DNA of 39,915 nt from the sequence record SRR20825019_433; one strand, written 5' to 3'. The position numbers and the translations under genes were made by a program. Position 1 is the first letter of the stretch. Each line of letters opens with the position of its first letter. The notes below the pieces were generated by a model, which had not been told where the DNA came from, ran no database searches, and saw only the letters and a list, made by a program, of their open reading frames with translations. Below are positions 18,428 through 28,236 of the stretch, one piece after another.

Positions 18428-18596
18428 CGGTATTCCGGTTACAGGCAAGCAGGACTGAACTGTCAACCACACCACCCGCCTGCCCGACGATTTCATCCTC
18501 AGCTTCACCTTAAAATCTTTTAGTGCCACGACCCCGATTGTGTGTCATAGATGGGGATACCCCTCATGCCCTTTCCGATAACTCCAACTGCCATGT

Positions 18597-20072
18597 ATGC
18601 CTGATCCCTCCTCGAGAAACATTTCTTCTTCCGACTTTTTCACCTCCTACGATACGAAGGGCTTCTATGATGAGATGTTGAATCCCGATGGGAGTGTCCG
18701 CCCCCATTACGAAAGGTTTGCGCAGCGGCTGCGCACGATGAATGCGACGGAATATGAGAATCGACGTCGCGCGGTGGATCTCTCGTTTCTCCGTCAGGGC
18801 ATTACCTTCAATGTCTATGGTGACACCAAGGGCACCGAGCGTATCTTCCCTTTCGATATGGTGCCACGCATCATTCCCGCCAGCGAGTGGGAACATCTGG
18901 AATCCGGGCTCATCCAGCGCATCACCGCACTAAATCTATTTCTTCACGACATCTATCACGATCAGCACATCCTCAAGGATGGCACGATTCCGGAACATTA
19001 CGTGAAGTCCGCCCGCCATTTTCGACCGGAGTTCGTGGGTTTCGAAGTGCCCCGCGATATCTACATTCACATTTGTGGGAGCGATCTCATTCGCGATGCC
19101 GACGGACGGTATCTCGTGCTTGAAGACAACGCCCGTTGCCCATCCGGAGTGAGCTATGTGCTGGAGAACCGGCGGGCGCTTAAACGCAGTTTCCCGCGCA
19201 GTTTCGAAGCCATCGGCGTGCGCCCCGTCGAGCATTACGCGGATGAGCTTTTGCGGGTGCTCGATTACACGGCCCCCAACGGCGCTCCCGATCCCACCGT
19301 CGTGCTGCTTACCCCCGGCGTGCACAACTCCGCTTACTTCGAGCACACTTATCTGGCCCGGCAAATGGGCATTCAGATCGTCGAAGGCCGCGACCTCCTC
19401 GTTCGCGATCAGCACGTCTTCATGCGCACCACCCTCGGGCTGCAACCCGTCAATGTGATCTATCGGCGAATCGATGACGACTTTCTCGACCCCACGGTAT
19501 TTCGAAGCGATTCGGTTCTGGGCGTGCCCGGACTGGTCGATGCGTATCGCGCCGGTAACGTTTCCCTCGCGAACACCATCGGCACCGGCGTCGCCGACGA
19601 CAAAGTGATCTATCATTTCGTGCCGCAGATGATCAAATACTACCTCGATCAGGACCCCATCCTGCCGAATGTGGATACCTACCTGGCCAACGAGGATAAG
19701 GATCGCGCCTACATTCTCGAAAATATTGAAAAGCTCGTGGTCAAGTCCGCCAATGAAGCCGGAGGCTACGGCATGCTCGTGGGGCCCCATTCCACCGCCG
19801 AGGAATGCAACAAATTCCGCGATCTGGTCGCGGCCGAGCCTCGCAATTACATCGCGCAGCCCACCATCAGCCTTTCCCGGCATCCCACTTATACCGGCAC
19901 GGAATTCGCCGGCCGCCATGTCGATTTGCGACCCTATGTTCTGTATGGTGAAAACCCCGTGGTGATCCCCGGCGGTTTAACCCGTGTCGCGCTGCGGAAG
20001 GATTCCCTCGTCGTGAACTCATCCCAAGGTGGTGGCAGCAAGGACACCTGGGTGCTCTATGGAGATGAATAA
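18597..20072 (+). CDS. Circularly permuted type 2 ATP-grasp protein
   Basis: [67 protein letters not shown]. Confidence 0.95.
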   Translation: MPDPSSRNISSSDFFTSYDTKGFYDEMLNPDGSVRPHYERFAQRLRTMNATEYENRRRAVDLSFLRQGITFNVYGDTKGTERIFPFDMVPRIIPASEWEHLESGLIQRITALNLFLHDIYHDQHILKDGTIPEHYVKSARHFRPEFVGFEVPRDIYIHICGSDLIRDADGRYLVLEDNARCPSGVSYVLENRRALKRSFPRSFEAIGVRPVEHYADELLRVLDYTAPNGAPDPTVVLLTPGVHNSAYFEHTYLARQMGIQIVEGRDLLVRDQHVFMRTTLGLQPVNVIYRRIDDDFLDPTVFRSDSVLGVPGLVDAYRAGNVSLANTIGTGVADDKVIYHFVPQMIKYYLDQDPILPNVDTYLANEDKDRAYILENIEKLVVKSANEAGGYGMLVGPHSTAEECNKFRDLVAAEPRNYIAQPTISLSRHPTYTGTEFAGRHVDLRPYVLYGENPVVIPGGLTRVALRKDSLVVNSSQGGGSKDTWVLYGDE

Positions 20073-20075
20073 ATT

Positions 20076-21134
20076 ATGCTAAGCCGTGTCGCCAATGGTC
20101 TCTACTGGATGAGCCGCTACATCGAACGTGCGGAGAACACTACGCGCCTCGTCGACGTGAATCTCCAGCTCCTGCTCAACTTCCGCAATCTCAACGATGA
20201 CACGCTCGCCGGCCATTGGATGCCAATCGTGCAGAGCACCGGCAGCGAAGAAGAGTTTACCCGACTTTACTCCAACGCCTCCGGAGAAAACGTCACCGAC
20301 TTCTTCGTCTTCCAAGTCGAAAATCCCAACTCCATCCTTTCGTGCATCATGCAAGCCCGGGAAAACGCCCGCACGGTGCGCGATCAGATCACGGTGGAAT
20401 TCTGGACGGAGTTAAACCGCATCTACCTGTTTCTGTGCTCTCCGGATGCGTCCGACCTCTGGCATCAAAGCCCCAACGATTTCTTCCTCGAAGTGCGCAA
20501 CAGTTCCCTGCTCCTCCAAGGATTGGCCGATGCGACGATCATGCGCAACGAGGGTTGGCTCTTCATGCAAGTGGGCCGAAATATCGAACGGGCCGATAAG
20601 ACCAGCCGCATGCTTGATATCCGGCAGGCCACCATGCCTGAAAACATTTCGCCACGACTTCGCAATCAATCCGATGCATTGGGCTGGTCTGCCATGCTGC
20701 GGTCCTGCAGCGCTTGGGATGCCTATAAAGCATTGCATGGCTCCGAAGTGCAGCCCGGCTATGTCGCCGAATTCCTTCTGTTCGACGAAGACTTCCCTCG
20801 CTCCGTTCGCTTCTGCGTCGAACAAGCCAGTCGCGCGTTGCGCCGCATCTCCAATGTCCGGGAGGGACGCTACACCAATGATGCCGAGAAACTGGCCGGC
20901 CGGCTGCTTTCCGAACTGCAGTATTGCGATACCGCCGAAGTTTTCGAAATAGGACTGCATACCTATATCGACCAGATCCAAACCAAGCTCAACGCTGTCA
21001 GCGAAGCCCTCGTGCAAATTTACATACTTCAATCCTTCGAAATCGAAGACGAGGATACCCGTAAACCTCAGATGGAACAGCAGCAGCAAGGGCGATTCCG
21101 GAGATCAAGGTCTCGATCCAACCCCCGCCGATGA
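20076..21134 (+). CDS. Alpha-E domain protein (DUF403)
   Basis: MLSRVANGLYWMSRYIERAEN, ARENARTVRDQI, GRNIERAD, FPRSV. Confidence 0.95.
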   Translation: MLSRVANGLYWMSRYIERAENTTRLVDVNLQLLLNFRNLNDDTLAGHWMPIVQSTGSEEEFTRLYSNASGENVTDFFVFQVENPNSILSCIMQARENARTVRDQITVEFWTELNRIYLFLCSPDASDLWHQSPNDFFLEVRNSSLLLQGLADATIMRNEGWLFMQVGRNIERADKTSRMLDIRQATMPENISPRLRNQSDALGWSAMLRSCSAWDAYKALHGSEVQPGYVAEFLLFDEDFPRSVRFCVEQASRALRRISNVREGRYTNDAEKLAGRLLSELQYCDTAEVFEIGLHTYIDQIQTKLNAVSEALVQIYILQSFEIEDEDTRKPQMEQQQQGRFRRSRSRSNPRR

Positions 21135-21994
21135 AGCTGCAAGTCTTCCACCGCACCCATTTCAAGTATGCCAGCCCGGTAATTGAGAGCATCAATGAGG
21201 CTCGGCTGCTTCCGATCAACGATCCCCGGCAAAAGCGGCACAGTTACATCCTGAAGGTCCTCCCGTCGACGCGACTCAGCCATTATCGCGATCTGTATAA
21301 CAACTATGTGCAGATGTTCGACATCCCCAATCCGCACACCGAGCTCATCGTCACAGCCACCTCCGTCGTCACCACCACCAACGACAAGTCGCTCGATCCC
21401 GAAGCGCGCCCCGCGGCAATCGAACAATACGGCTCCGGTCAGGAATACAATCGTTGCTATGATTTTATGCGGGAGAGCACCTATGTGGATCTGAGTCCAG
21501 AGATCTGGCGTCTCGCTCTCGATATCGCTGACGATGAAACCGATGCCTGGCAGGTCGCGCGCAAGATTATGCATTATATTTTCAAGGAGTTTCGCTATGA
21601 AAGCGCGTCAACCCACGTGCACACCCACATGCGTGAAGTCCTCGAAACCCGCACGGGAGTGTGCCAGGATTTTGCCCACGTGATGTTGGGACTGTGTCGC
21701 TCGTTAAAAATCCCGACCCGCTACGTCAGCGGCTACCTCTATAACGGTCCGGCGGACGGTCTCCTCGGATCACAGGCCAGTCATGCTTGGGTGGAAATAC
21801 TCTTACCCAAATACGGCTGGCTAGGACTCGACCCGACCAACAACCAGCAAGTCGATGGACGCTATGTGAAGATCGGTGTAGGACGGGATTTCAGCGACGT
21901 CACACCCCTCAAAGGTTCGTATCGCGGCACTGGCATGCAGGAAATGAACGTGGAAGTCGCCGTGACGATGATCGATGAAGCGGCGGATCGCTGA
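21131..21994 (+). CDS. Bacterial transglutaminase-like protein
   Basis: N-terminal H-T-x-F-x-Y domain; catalytic triad in GVCQDFAH, SHAWVE and LDPTN; GRDFSDV. ATGA overlap with the alpha-E gene. Confidence 0.95.
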   Translation: MKLQVFHRTHFKYASPVIESINEARLLPINDPRQKRHSYILKVLPSTRLSHYRDLYNNYVQMFDIPNPHTELIVTATSVVTTTNDKSLDPEARPAAIEQYGSGQEYNRCYDFMRESTYVDLSPEIWRLALDIADDETDAWQVARKIMHYIFKEFRYESASTHVHTHMREVLETRTGVCQDFAHVMLGLCRSLKIPTRYVSGYLYNGPADGLLGSQASHAWVEILLPKYGWLGLDPTNNQQVDGRYVKIGVGRDFSDVTPLKGSYRGTGMQEMNVEVAVTMIDEAADR

Positions 21995-22022
21995 AGAAAC
22001 GCGCGCCAAAAATCCCCCGCGT

Positions 22023-22181
22023 GTAGCCGAACTTGAGAATCGCTTTTAGCGGCACGAAAGTTTGGCCACCCGCTCTTTGCTTCGAGTTATATCCAAATTG
22101 TCGCCTCGCTTCAATGCGGCTACGCTATCGTGCGAGAAGGTATTCTTTGCAGTGCGCGCTTATCAGGGAGCGCATCCCACA
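22023..22181. repeat. Degenerate GTAG/GTGG-type REP-like palindromes between convergent genes
   Basis: gtagccg (22023) pairs with cggctac (22117-22123), with inner tttgg/ccaaa arms. A further hairpin reads tgtgggatgcgct..agcgcg on the minus strand. Confidence 0.45.
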
Positions 22182-22182
22182 C

Positions 22183-23109
22183 TCACACCTGCGTCTTGAA
22201 ATACTCGATTGTGCGACCGAGCCCTTCCTCCAACTCGACGGTCGGTTCCCAGTTCAGCACACTCTTCGCCAACGAGATATCCGGACGCCGTTGTTTCGGA
22301 TCGTCGCTGGGCAGATCCTGATGGATGATTTTAGAATTCCCGCCGACGAGCTTTAGGGTGAGTTCGGCGAGTTGGAGCATCGTGAATTCCCCGGGGTTGC
22401 CGATATTCATCGGGCCGACGGTCTTCGTCTGATTCATCAGGCGCACAAAACCTTCGATCAAATCATCCACGTAGCAGAAAGAGCGCGTCTGCAGACCATC
22501 GCCATAAATCGTGATGTCTTCTCCCTTGAGCGCCTGCACGATAAAGTTGGAAACCACCCGACCGTCATTCGGGTGCATCCGTGGACCGTAGGTGTTAAAA
22601 ATCCGCACAATCCGAATATCCACTTTGTTCTCGCGGTGATAATCAAAGAACAACGTCTCAGCGACCCGCTTGCCTTCATCGTAGCACGAGCGACGACCGA
22701 TCGGGTTAACGTGTCCCCAATAGCTTTCCGGCTGGGGATGCACTTCCGGATCACCATAAACTTCCGAAGTCGACGCCTGAAATACCCGCGCACGCACGCG
22801 CTTGGCGAGCCCCAGGCTGTTGATCGCTCCCATCACGGACGTCTTCGTCGTCTTGATCGGATTATATTGGTAGTGCGGAGGCGAGGCCGGACACGCGAGA
22901 TTGTAGATTTGATCCACCTCGAATTTAAAGGGATCGATAACATCGTGACGGACGAATTCGAAATTCGGATTGTTCAGCAGATGCGCGATATTCGACTTCC
23001 GTCCCGTAAACAGGTTATCGAGACAGATGACTTCGTGCCCGTCGTTGAGGAGCCGATCAGAAAGATGAGAACCGAGAAATCCGGCCCCGCCGGTAATAAG
23101 AATCCGCAT
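22183..23109 (-). CDS. uxs: UDP-glucuronic acid decarboxylase (UDP-xylose synthase)
   Basis: [58 protein letters not shown]. Confidence 0.93.
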   Translation of the reverse strand: MRILITGGAGFLGSHLSDRLLNDGHEVICLDNLFTGRKSNIAHLLNNPNFEFVRHDVIDPFKFEVDQIYNLACPASPPHYQYNPIKTTKTSVMGAINSLGLAKRVRARVFQASTSEVYGDPEVHPQPESYWGHVNPIGRRSCYDEGKRVAETLFFDYHRENKVDIRIVRIFNTYGPRMHPNDGRVVSNFIVQALKGEDITIYGDGLQTRSFCYVDDLIEGFVRLMNQTKTVGPMNIGNPGEFTMLQLAELTLKLVGGNSKIIHQDLPSDDPKQRRPDISLAKSVLNWEPTVELEEGLGRTIEYFKTQV

Positions 23110-23164
23110 GGTGATGAGTCAGCGAAAAATTCCCGCCACACTCAAGCCAGCAAATCACCATTGC

Positions 23165-25369
23165 TCACCCCAGCAATCGCTCGCCAGTCACCGCGTCAAA
23201 AACCACCGAACTGCGTTTCGGTAAATCGACTTCGATGACGACACCCTCCGGCGTTTTCAACGTGCGCGCCCCACCCTCCATCGTATGCACGACCAGCAAA
23301 CCGGCACCGACCAAAGTTGTTTCGTCGCATTCATTCGTGATGTGGCAGCCCGCACTTCGGCCGATTTCACGGAGCATCGCCGGTTGGGAAGGCGCCAGAG
23401 CGAACGCCCACCATGTCGTGTCTTCTTCTGCCCGTGTCACTGCCGATACCCGCCCTTTCTTCCATAAACCGATCACCGAACCGCTGTTCTGATTAAATGC
23501 CGGCACATCGAAGGCACCGCCAAGATCACAATGATCCTTGGCTCCATTCAAAGTGAGCGACTGCACCGCAGGATCAGCGTGAAAAAGCTGTGTGTCGAAT
23601 CCCGTCAAATCAGTCGCCAGTGCAGGACCGACTTTAGTCCCATCGCTCCAACCGGCGAATCCCGTGAACACCACATGCCGGCCGTCCTTTGCCACGTGGT
23701 TTCGGATCATTTCGCGTTGGTCGCAATCAAGCACTGGAGTGGTCGCAAAAATCACCAACCGAAACGCGCTGAGATCCATCGTCGGCAACTCGCTCAGCAA
23801 AGCTTCTTCGTGCACCAAGCCGGATTGATACAATCCGACCACCAGCCCATCGATCCCCACCGGAGACACCGGATCAATCGGGACAGCCTGTGGCTTCGCG
23901 CCAAGTTCAGAAATGTCCGTCACCTTGCGGCTCCCGGTGTGCACAAACGACCACGGATCGTGCACGACCAAGACATCCGCGGCACGCACGTGTGGTCGAG
24001 ACAAACGCTCGCGAACAATCGCCGCCAAGTGCTGCACATCCGTCTGCAAACGCGGATGATCCCACCACCCCATCGTGCCATAGCGCACCGCTTCCGTCGT
24101 GCCCGCGGTCATCCCAAAATCATACCACCATGCACCGACTCCTCGTGTGACCGGTTGCAGGATATTGCGAATCTGCACGGCCACATCGTCGTCCAAAGTC
24201 GTAATCGATGTCGGATCCCAAGGGCAGCCGCTCACCGTCGTGGCCTGATCCATCTCATCGAGCCACAACTTCCCCGCCCGGCGCACCGGATCAATCAGCC
24301 CCCTCGCATGTCCCGTGCCTCCCATTCGTCGGGCCGGCGGATCGTAGGATTGCGGGCCGCACAAACAATCGATGTGCGGCGACGCCAGAATCCGATCCAG
24401 CGCCAGATGCCCACCCGAGGCATGACGCCCAAACAGATTATGAAAATAGCCAAAGAAAGTCGCCGTGATCACCGGGCGCGACCACGACTCCCTCACGATC
24501 GCGGAGAGATGGATGATCACCTCCGCCAATTTTTCATGCTGAAACAAAAAATAATCAATCACCTCACCGCGTTTCACCGGGTCGCGGAGAATCCCGCAGT
24601 CAACGACTTCCCGCGCCTTGGAATCAGGGACAACCACGGTCTCCCATTGCAAATCAGATCGGACCCACGCCTTATGCAAAGCGGCCTCGTCGCCATAACG
24701 CTGCTTTAGCCATTCACGAAAAGCCGCCGTCGAGGCGACTCCGGTATCCGGATCGTGATGAATAAACCCGAACTGATGCCATTCACCGTAAACGCCGTTG
24801 GAAATTTGGATCCCAAACACCGACGCCCCCTCCGTGCTTGCGGATAGTTTCCGGCAGAAGGATTGCAAATGCCCCGTCGCCCATTCGAGCCACCGCTGGG
24901 AACTGAAACTCGCCCGGCGTGCCGGTCTCGTATCCTGCGCCAGTGGTCGCTGTAAACTCCACGGGCGCTCCGGTTCAATCTCTGCATCGGCATAACCCAC
25001 CCGCTCGTCCGGATGGCGATCAAGCCACCACTGCGGCGCGTTGACGTGAACCCGCAACATCACCGCGGCATCCGGACACTGCGCCAAAACTCCCGCCACC
25101 TGTTTCTGCGCCAACGTGATATCCAACTGATCATTCTCATCGATCATCTGTTCAAACCAGATATCCGCCAAAAACAGTTTCACCCCGTTGTCCGCAAACA
25201 CCGCGATGTTGCGCGACGGCATCTCTTCCCACGACCAACGCGATCCCGGCGCATCCGTGAGCCCATAGATCAGCGGAGCTTCTTCGACTCCATTAATCAT
25301 CAGTCGCGGACGCCCTCCGCTATTTTCAATCGTCGAGTTCATCGGCTGCTTCTCGGACTCCTCGCTCAT
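23165..25369 (-). CDS. GH42/beta-galactosidase-like glycoside hydrolase
   Basis: NAPQWW, SFSSQRW, NGVYGEW (candidate acid/base), FREWLKQRYG, WLDEMD (candidate nucleophile), C-terminal trimerisation-like domain. ATGA overlap with the tgt stop. Confidence 0.7.
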   Translation of the reverse strand: MSEESEKQPMNSTIENSGGRPRLMINGVEEAPLIYGLTDAPGSRWSWEEMPSRNIAVFADNGVKLFLADIWFEQMIDENDQLDITLAQKQVAGVLAQCPDAAVMLRVHVNAPQWWLDRHPDERVGYADAEIEPERPWSLQRPLAQDTRPARRASFSSQRWLEWATGHLQSFCRKLSASTEGASVFGIQISNGVYGEWHQFGFIHHDPDTGVASTAAFREWLKQRYGDEAALHKAWVRSDLQWETVVVPDSKAREVVDCGILRDPVKRGEVIDYFLFQHEKLAEVIIHLSAIVRESWSRPVITATFFGYFHNLFGRHASGGHLALDRILASPHIDCLCGPQSYDPPARRMGGTGHARGLIDPVRRAGKLWLDEMDQATTVSGCPWDPTSITTLDDDVAVQIRNILQPVTRGVGAWWYDFGMTAGTTEAVRYGTMGWWDHPRLQTDVQHLAAIVRERLSRPHVRAADVLVVHDPWSFVHTGSRKVTDISELGAKPQAVPIDPVSPVGIDGLVVGLYQSGLVHEEALLSELPTMDLSAFRLVIFATTPVLDCDQREMIRNHVAKDGRHVVFTGFAGWSDGTKVGPALATDLTGFDTQLFHADPAVQSLTLNGAKDHCDLGGAFDVPAFNQNSGSVIGLWKKGRVSAVTRAEEDTTWWAFALAPSQPAMLREIGRSAGCHITNECDETTLVGAGLLVVHTMEGGARTLKTPEGVVIEVDLPKRSSVVFDAVTGERLLG

Positions 25370-26514
25370 GATATCTTCAAACGCGCGGCGGCTCCTGCTT
25401 CGTAGCGTTCGATCCAAGCCAAATGCCAGGTCGCAAAATCACCCGCTTCAATATGCGAACGGGCCTGCGACATCAGATCGAGGTAGAAATGCAGATTGTG
25501 CAAAGTCAGCAAGGTGCAGCTCAAGATCTCTCCGGCAACTGTCAGGTGACGCAGATAAGCCCGGGAAAATTTCGTCGTGTAGTTGTCGATCTCATCACTG
25601 ATCGGGCGATTATCCGCGCGGTATTTTTCGTTCCGCAGATTCATCGGACCATCCGGCGTGAAGACCAATCCATTGCGCGCGACTCGCGATGGCAGCACGC
25701 AATCAAACATGTCCACGCCCAGCGCGACCATCTTCAGCAACTGCGGCGGCGTGCCGAGCCCCATCGTGTAGCGGGGTTTATCGACCGGCATAAACGGCGT
25801 GGTCGCGCCGACCTGTTTGAGCATCTCCGGCTCGGGCTCGCCTACGCTCACTCCGCCAACCGCGTAGCCCGGAAAGTCCAACTCCGCCAACGACTCCGCT
25901 GCTTCGCGCCGCATGTCGTCAAACGTCGAGCCCTGCACAATCACGAACAGGTGCTGTCCATTCGCAAGAAAACCACTATCGGTCGCGATCTCCTTGCACT
26001 GTTTAGCCCAACGATAACTCCGCTCCACCGCCGCCGCGCATTCATCGCGCTCGCAGGGCCAGGGTGGACATTCATCGATCACCATCGCGATATCGCTGCC
26101 GAGATTCTGCTGAATCGACATCACCTCTTTCGGGCCGAGAAACAGTTTCTTCCCATCGAGGTGTGATTGAAATTCCACTCCATCGTCGCGCATCTTGCGC
26201 AGCTTCGCCAACGAGAAGACCTGAAACCCACCACTGTCGGTCAGGATCGGACCTTCCCAGCCCATAAATTTGTGCAACCCACCCATCTCACGAATCAGTT
26301 CGGAGGTCGGCCGCAGATTCAGGTGGTAGGTATTACCGAGAATGATCTGTGAGCCGATTTCTTGGAGATGCGCAGGCGTCAGAGACTTGACGGTGCCCTG
26401 CGTGCCGACCGGCATAAAAATGGGCGTTTCGATCACGCCATGAAGCGTTTGCAGACGTCCGCGACGGGCGCCGGTAGTCGAATCGGTTTTGAGTAATTGA
26501 AAATGGTTGGCCAT
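25366..26514 (-). CDS. tgt: tRNA-guanine transglycosylase (queuosine biosynthesis)
   Basis: [69 protein letters not shown]. Start trimmed to MANHF. Confidence 0.97.
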   Translation of the reverse strand: MANHFQLLKTDSTTGARRGRLQTLHGVIETPIFMPVGTQGTVKSLTPAHLQEIGSQIILGNTYHLNLRPTSELIREMGGLHKFMGWEGPILTDSGGFQVFSLAKLRKMRDDGVEFQSHLDGKKLFLGPKEVMSIQQNLGSDIAMVIDECPPWPCERDECAAAVERSYRWAKQCKEIATDSGFLANGQHLFVIVQGSTFDDMRREAAESLAELDFPGYAVGGVSVGEPEPEMLKQVGATTPFMPVDKPRYTMGLGTPPQLLKMVALGVDMFDCVLPSRVARNGLVFTPDGPMNLRNEKYRADNRPISDEIDNYTTKFSRAYLRHLTVAGEILSCTLLTLHNLHFYLDLMSQARSHIEAGDFATWHLAWIERYEAGAAARLKIS

Positions 26515-26578
26515 CAGGACTTTCACACAGCCTATTCCCGCGCTTGACCCAAGTGTCAACCCGTCGGTAGATGCGTGC

Positions 26579-27145
26579 GTGCTGCTTGTTATCGATAACT
26601 TCGATTCGTTTACTTTCAACCTCGTCCAATACTTCGGTCAATTGGGGGTGGAACAGCGTGTCTTTCGCAACAACGAGATCACGCCGGAGGAAGCTCTCGC
26701 GCTCGATCCTGACCGTGTGCTGATTTCTCCCGGCCCTTGCTCCCCCACTGAAGCGGGTGTCTCGCTGAAAATGATCGAGGCCTTCGCGGGGAAAAAACCG
26801 TTATTCGGGGTCTGCCTCGGTTGTCAGGCCATCGGTCAGCACTTCGGCGGAAATATCGTCCGCGCCGATCGCCTGATGCACGGCAAGACCTCCCCGATTC
26901 AACACACCGGCACCGACGTTTTCGCGAATATGCCGCAAAATTTTGCGGCCACGCGTTACCATTCCCTCGTCGTGGAACGTCATAGTTTACCGGAATGCCT
27001 CGAAATCACCGCGGAAACCGCCGAGGGTGAGATCATGGGACTGCGTCACAAAACCCTCCCGATCTGGGGCGTTCAGTTTCACCCCGAGTCCATCGCCACT
27101 CAAGAAGGCATGCTCATCCTTCAGAATTTTTTAGCCCTCAAGTAA
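26579..27145 (+). CDS. trpG: Anthranilate/aminodeoxychorismate synthase component II (glutamine amidotransferase)
   Basis: [42 protein letters not shown] start at 26579. trpG versus pabA cannot be resolved here. Confidence 0.92.
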   Translation: MLLVIDNFDSFTFNLVQYFGQLGVEQRVFRNNEITPEEALALDPDRVLISPGPCSPTEAGVSLKMIEAFAGKKPLFGVCLGCQAIGQHFGGNIVRADRLMHGKTSPIQHTGTDVFANMPQNFAATRYHSLVVERHSLPECLEITAETAEGEIMGLRHKTLPIWGVQFHPESIATQEGMLILQNFLALK

Positions 27146-27149
27146 TCCT

Positions 27150-27608
27150 ATGCGCTGCCCAAAGTGCACCTCCATTGACGATAAGGTGATCGATTCCCGG
27201 ATTAGCCGGGAAGGGAACACCATTCGCCGCCGACGTGAATGCCTCGAATGCGGCAACCGATTCAGCACCACCGAAACGATGGTGCGCGATGGCCTGGTCG
27301 TCGTGAAACGTGATGGCCGTCGTCAGGACTTTGATCGCGAGAAAGTCGTTCACGCCATCCGCGCCGCCTGTCACAAACGCCCGGTTGATCTCGAGCAAAT
27401 CGGGATGGTGGTCGAAGACGTCGTCGATATGGTCGAGGCCCAATACGAAGCCGAAATCCCTTCCAAAGCGATTGGCGAAAGCGTGATGCAACGTCTCCGA
27501 ACCATCGATCAGGTGGCCTACGTGCGTTTCGCCAGCGTTTACAAAGAGTTCCGCGATGTCTCGGAATTCATGCAGGAAATCAGCAGCCTGCCCAAGCCCA
27601 CCAAATGA
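27150..27608 (+). CDS. nrdR: Transcriptional repressor NrdR
   Basis: MRCPKC..VIDSR..IRRRRECLEC..RFST, ATP cone, VAYVRFASVYKEF. Confidence 0.97.
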   Translation: MRCPKCTSIDDKVIDSRISREGNTIRRRRECLECGNRFSTTETMVRDGLVVVKRDGRRQDFDREKVVHAIRAACHKRPVDLEQIGMVVEDVVDMVEAQYEAEIPSKAIGESVMQRLRTIDQVAYVRFASVYKEFRDVSEFMQEISSLPKPTK

Positions 27609-28108
27609 CCCGCCCCCGGGAAGACCTGCGTCGGCTTCATTACATCAACGCGCTCTTTGCCCACGTCACCGGGCACGATCTTTATCTCGCTGAGCAAATC
27701 AAAGAAGCGATCGCCTTCAGCCTTAGCGAGTTTGAGGAACAAGTCGCCGCTCATCCCGAGGCCGCCGCGAAATACGACGCCGATTTCAATAACGCCGCCG
27801 CGACTCTCCTCGCGAACGCGTTCGCACATCTGCCCGCGCACGGTTTCTATCATTGGGATGCCGCCCGCACCCTTGAATCAGCCACCCCACTCTTCGCCCG
27901 CGACGAGATCATGACCGGACTCAAGCAACTCGCCACCTACCGCGAATCGACCTTGCTCGTCACCAATCTCCGCCCCGCGTTAATCCCTCCGCCCAAACGC
28001 CCCGTCGGAAAACGGCTCCGCGACTACGAAGAAACCCTCACCTTCATCCGCGACCTCACCGCCGCCCGCACCGCCCCCACCGCCAATCTGCAGTTGCTGT
28101 TTTTATGA
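27605..28108 (+). CDS. Hypothetical protein translationally coupled to nrdR
   Basis: 167-aa ORF with ATGA overlap and host-like codon usage. No motif recognised. Confidence 0.75.
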   Translation: MTRPREDLRRLHYINALFAHVTGHDLYLAEQIKEAIAFSLSEFEEQVAAHPEAAAKYDADFNNAAATLLANAFAHLPAHGFYHWDAARTLESATPLFARDEIMTGLKQLATYRESTLLVTNLRPALIPPPKRPVGKRLRDYEETLTFIRDLTAARTAPTANLQLLFL

Positions 28109-28230
28109 TAGTAGCGACTAGCCAGTAGCGGGTAGAGAGCCTATACTTTCGAACAATCGATTATCTACTTTCGAATCCAGAGGAGACTCAGCGTCCTACT
28201 CGCACTACTACTCACTACCCGCTACTCACC
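28109..28230. repeat. Heptamer-period inverted repeat element
   Basis: agtagcgggtagagag (28124-28139) pairs 15/16 with ctcactacccgctact (28211-28226). Arms are built of ~7-nt gtagc/ctact units. Internal direct repeat tactttcgaa at 28144 and 28166. Confidence 0.75.
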
Positions 28231-28236
28231 ACTGTC

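Noticed and set aside
18936..21089. Minus-strand ORFs of 327 and 225 aa
   Set aside because: Antisense to the well-supported ATP-grasp and alpha-E genes.
22050..22066. Sigma54-like motif cggcacgaaagtttgg
   Set aside because: The -24/-12 spacing and sequence are off, it lies inside a repeat, and it points at no gene start.
22372..26166. Plus-strand ORFs of 288, 392 and 247 aa
   Set aside because: Antisense to uxs, the GH42-like gene and tgt.
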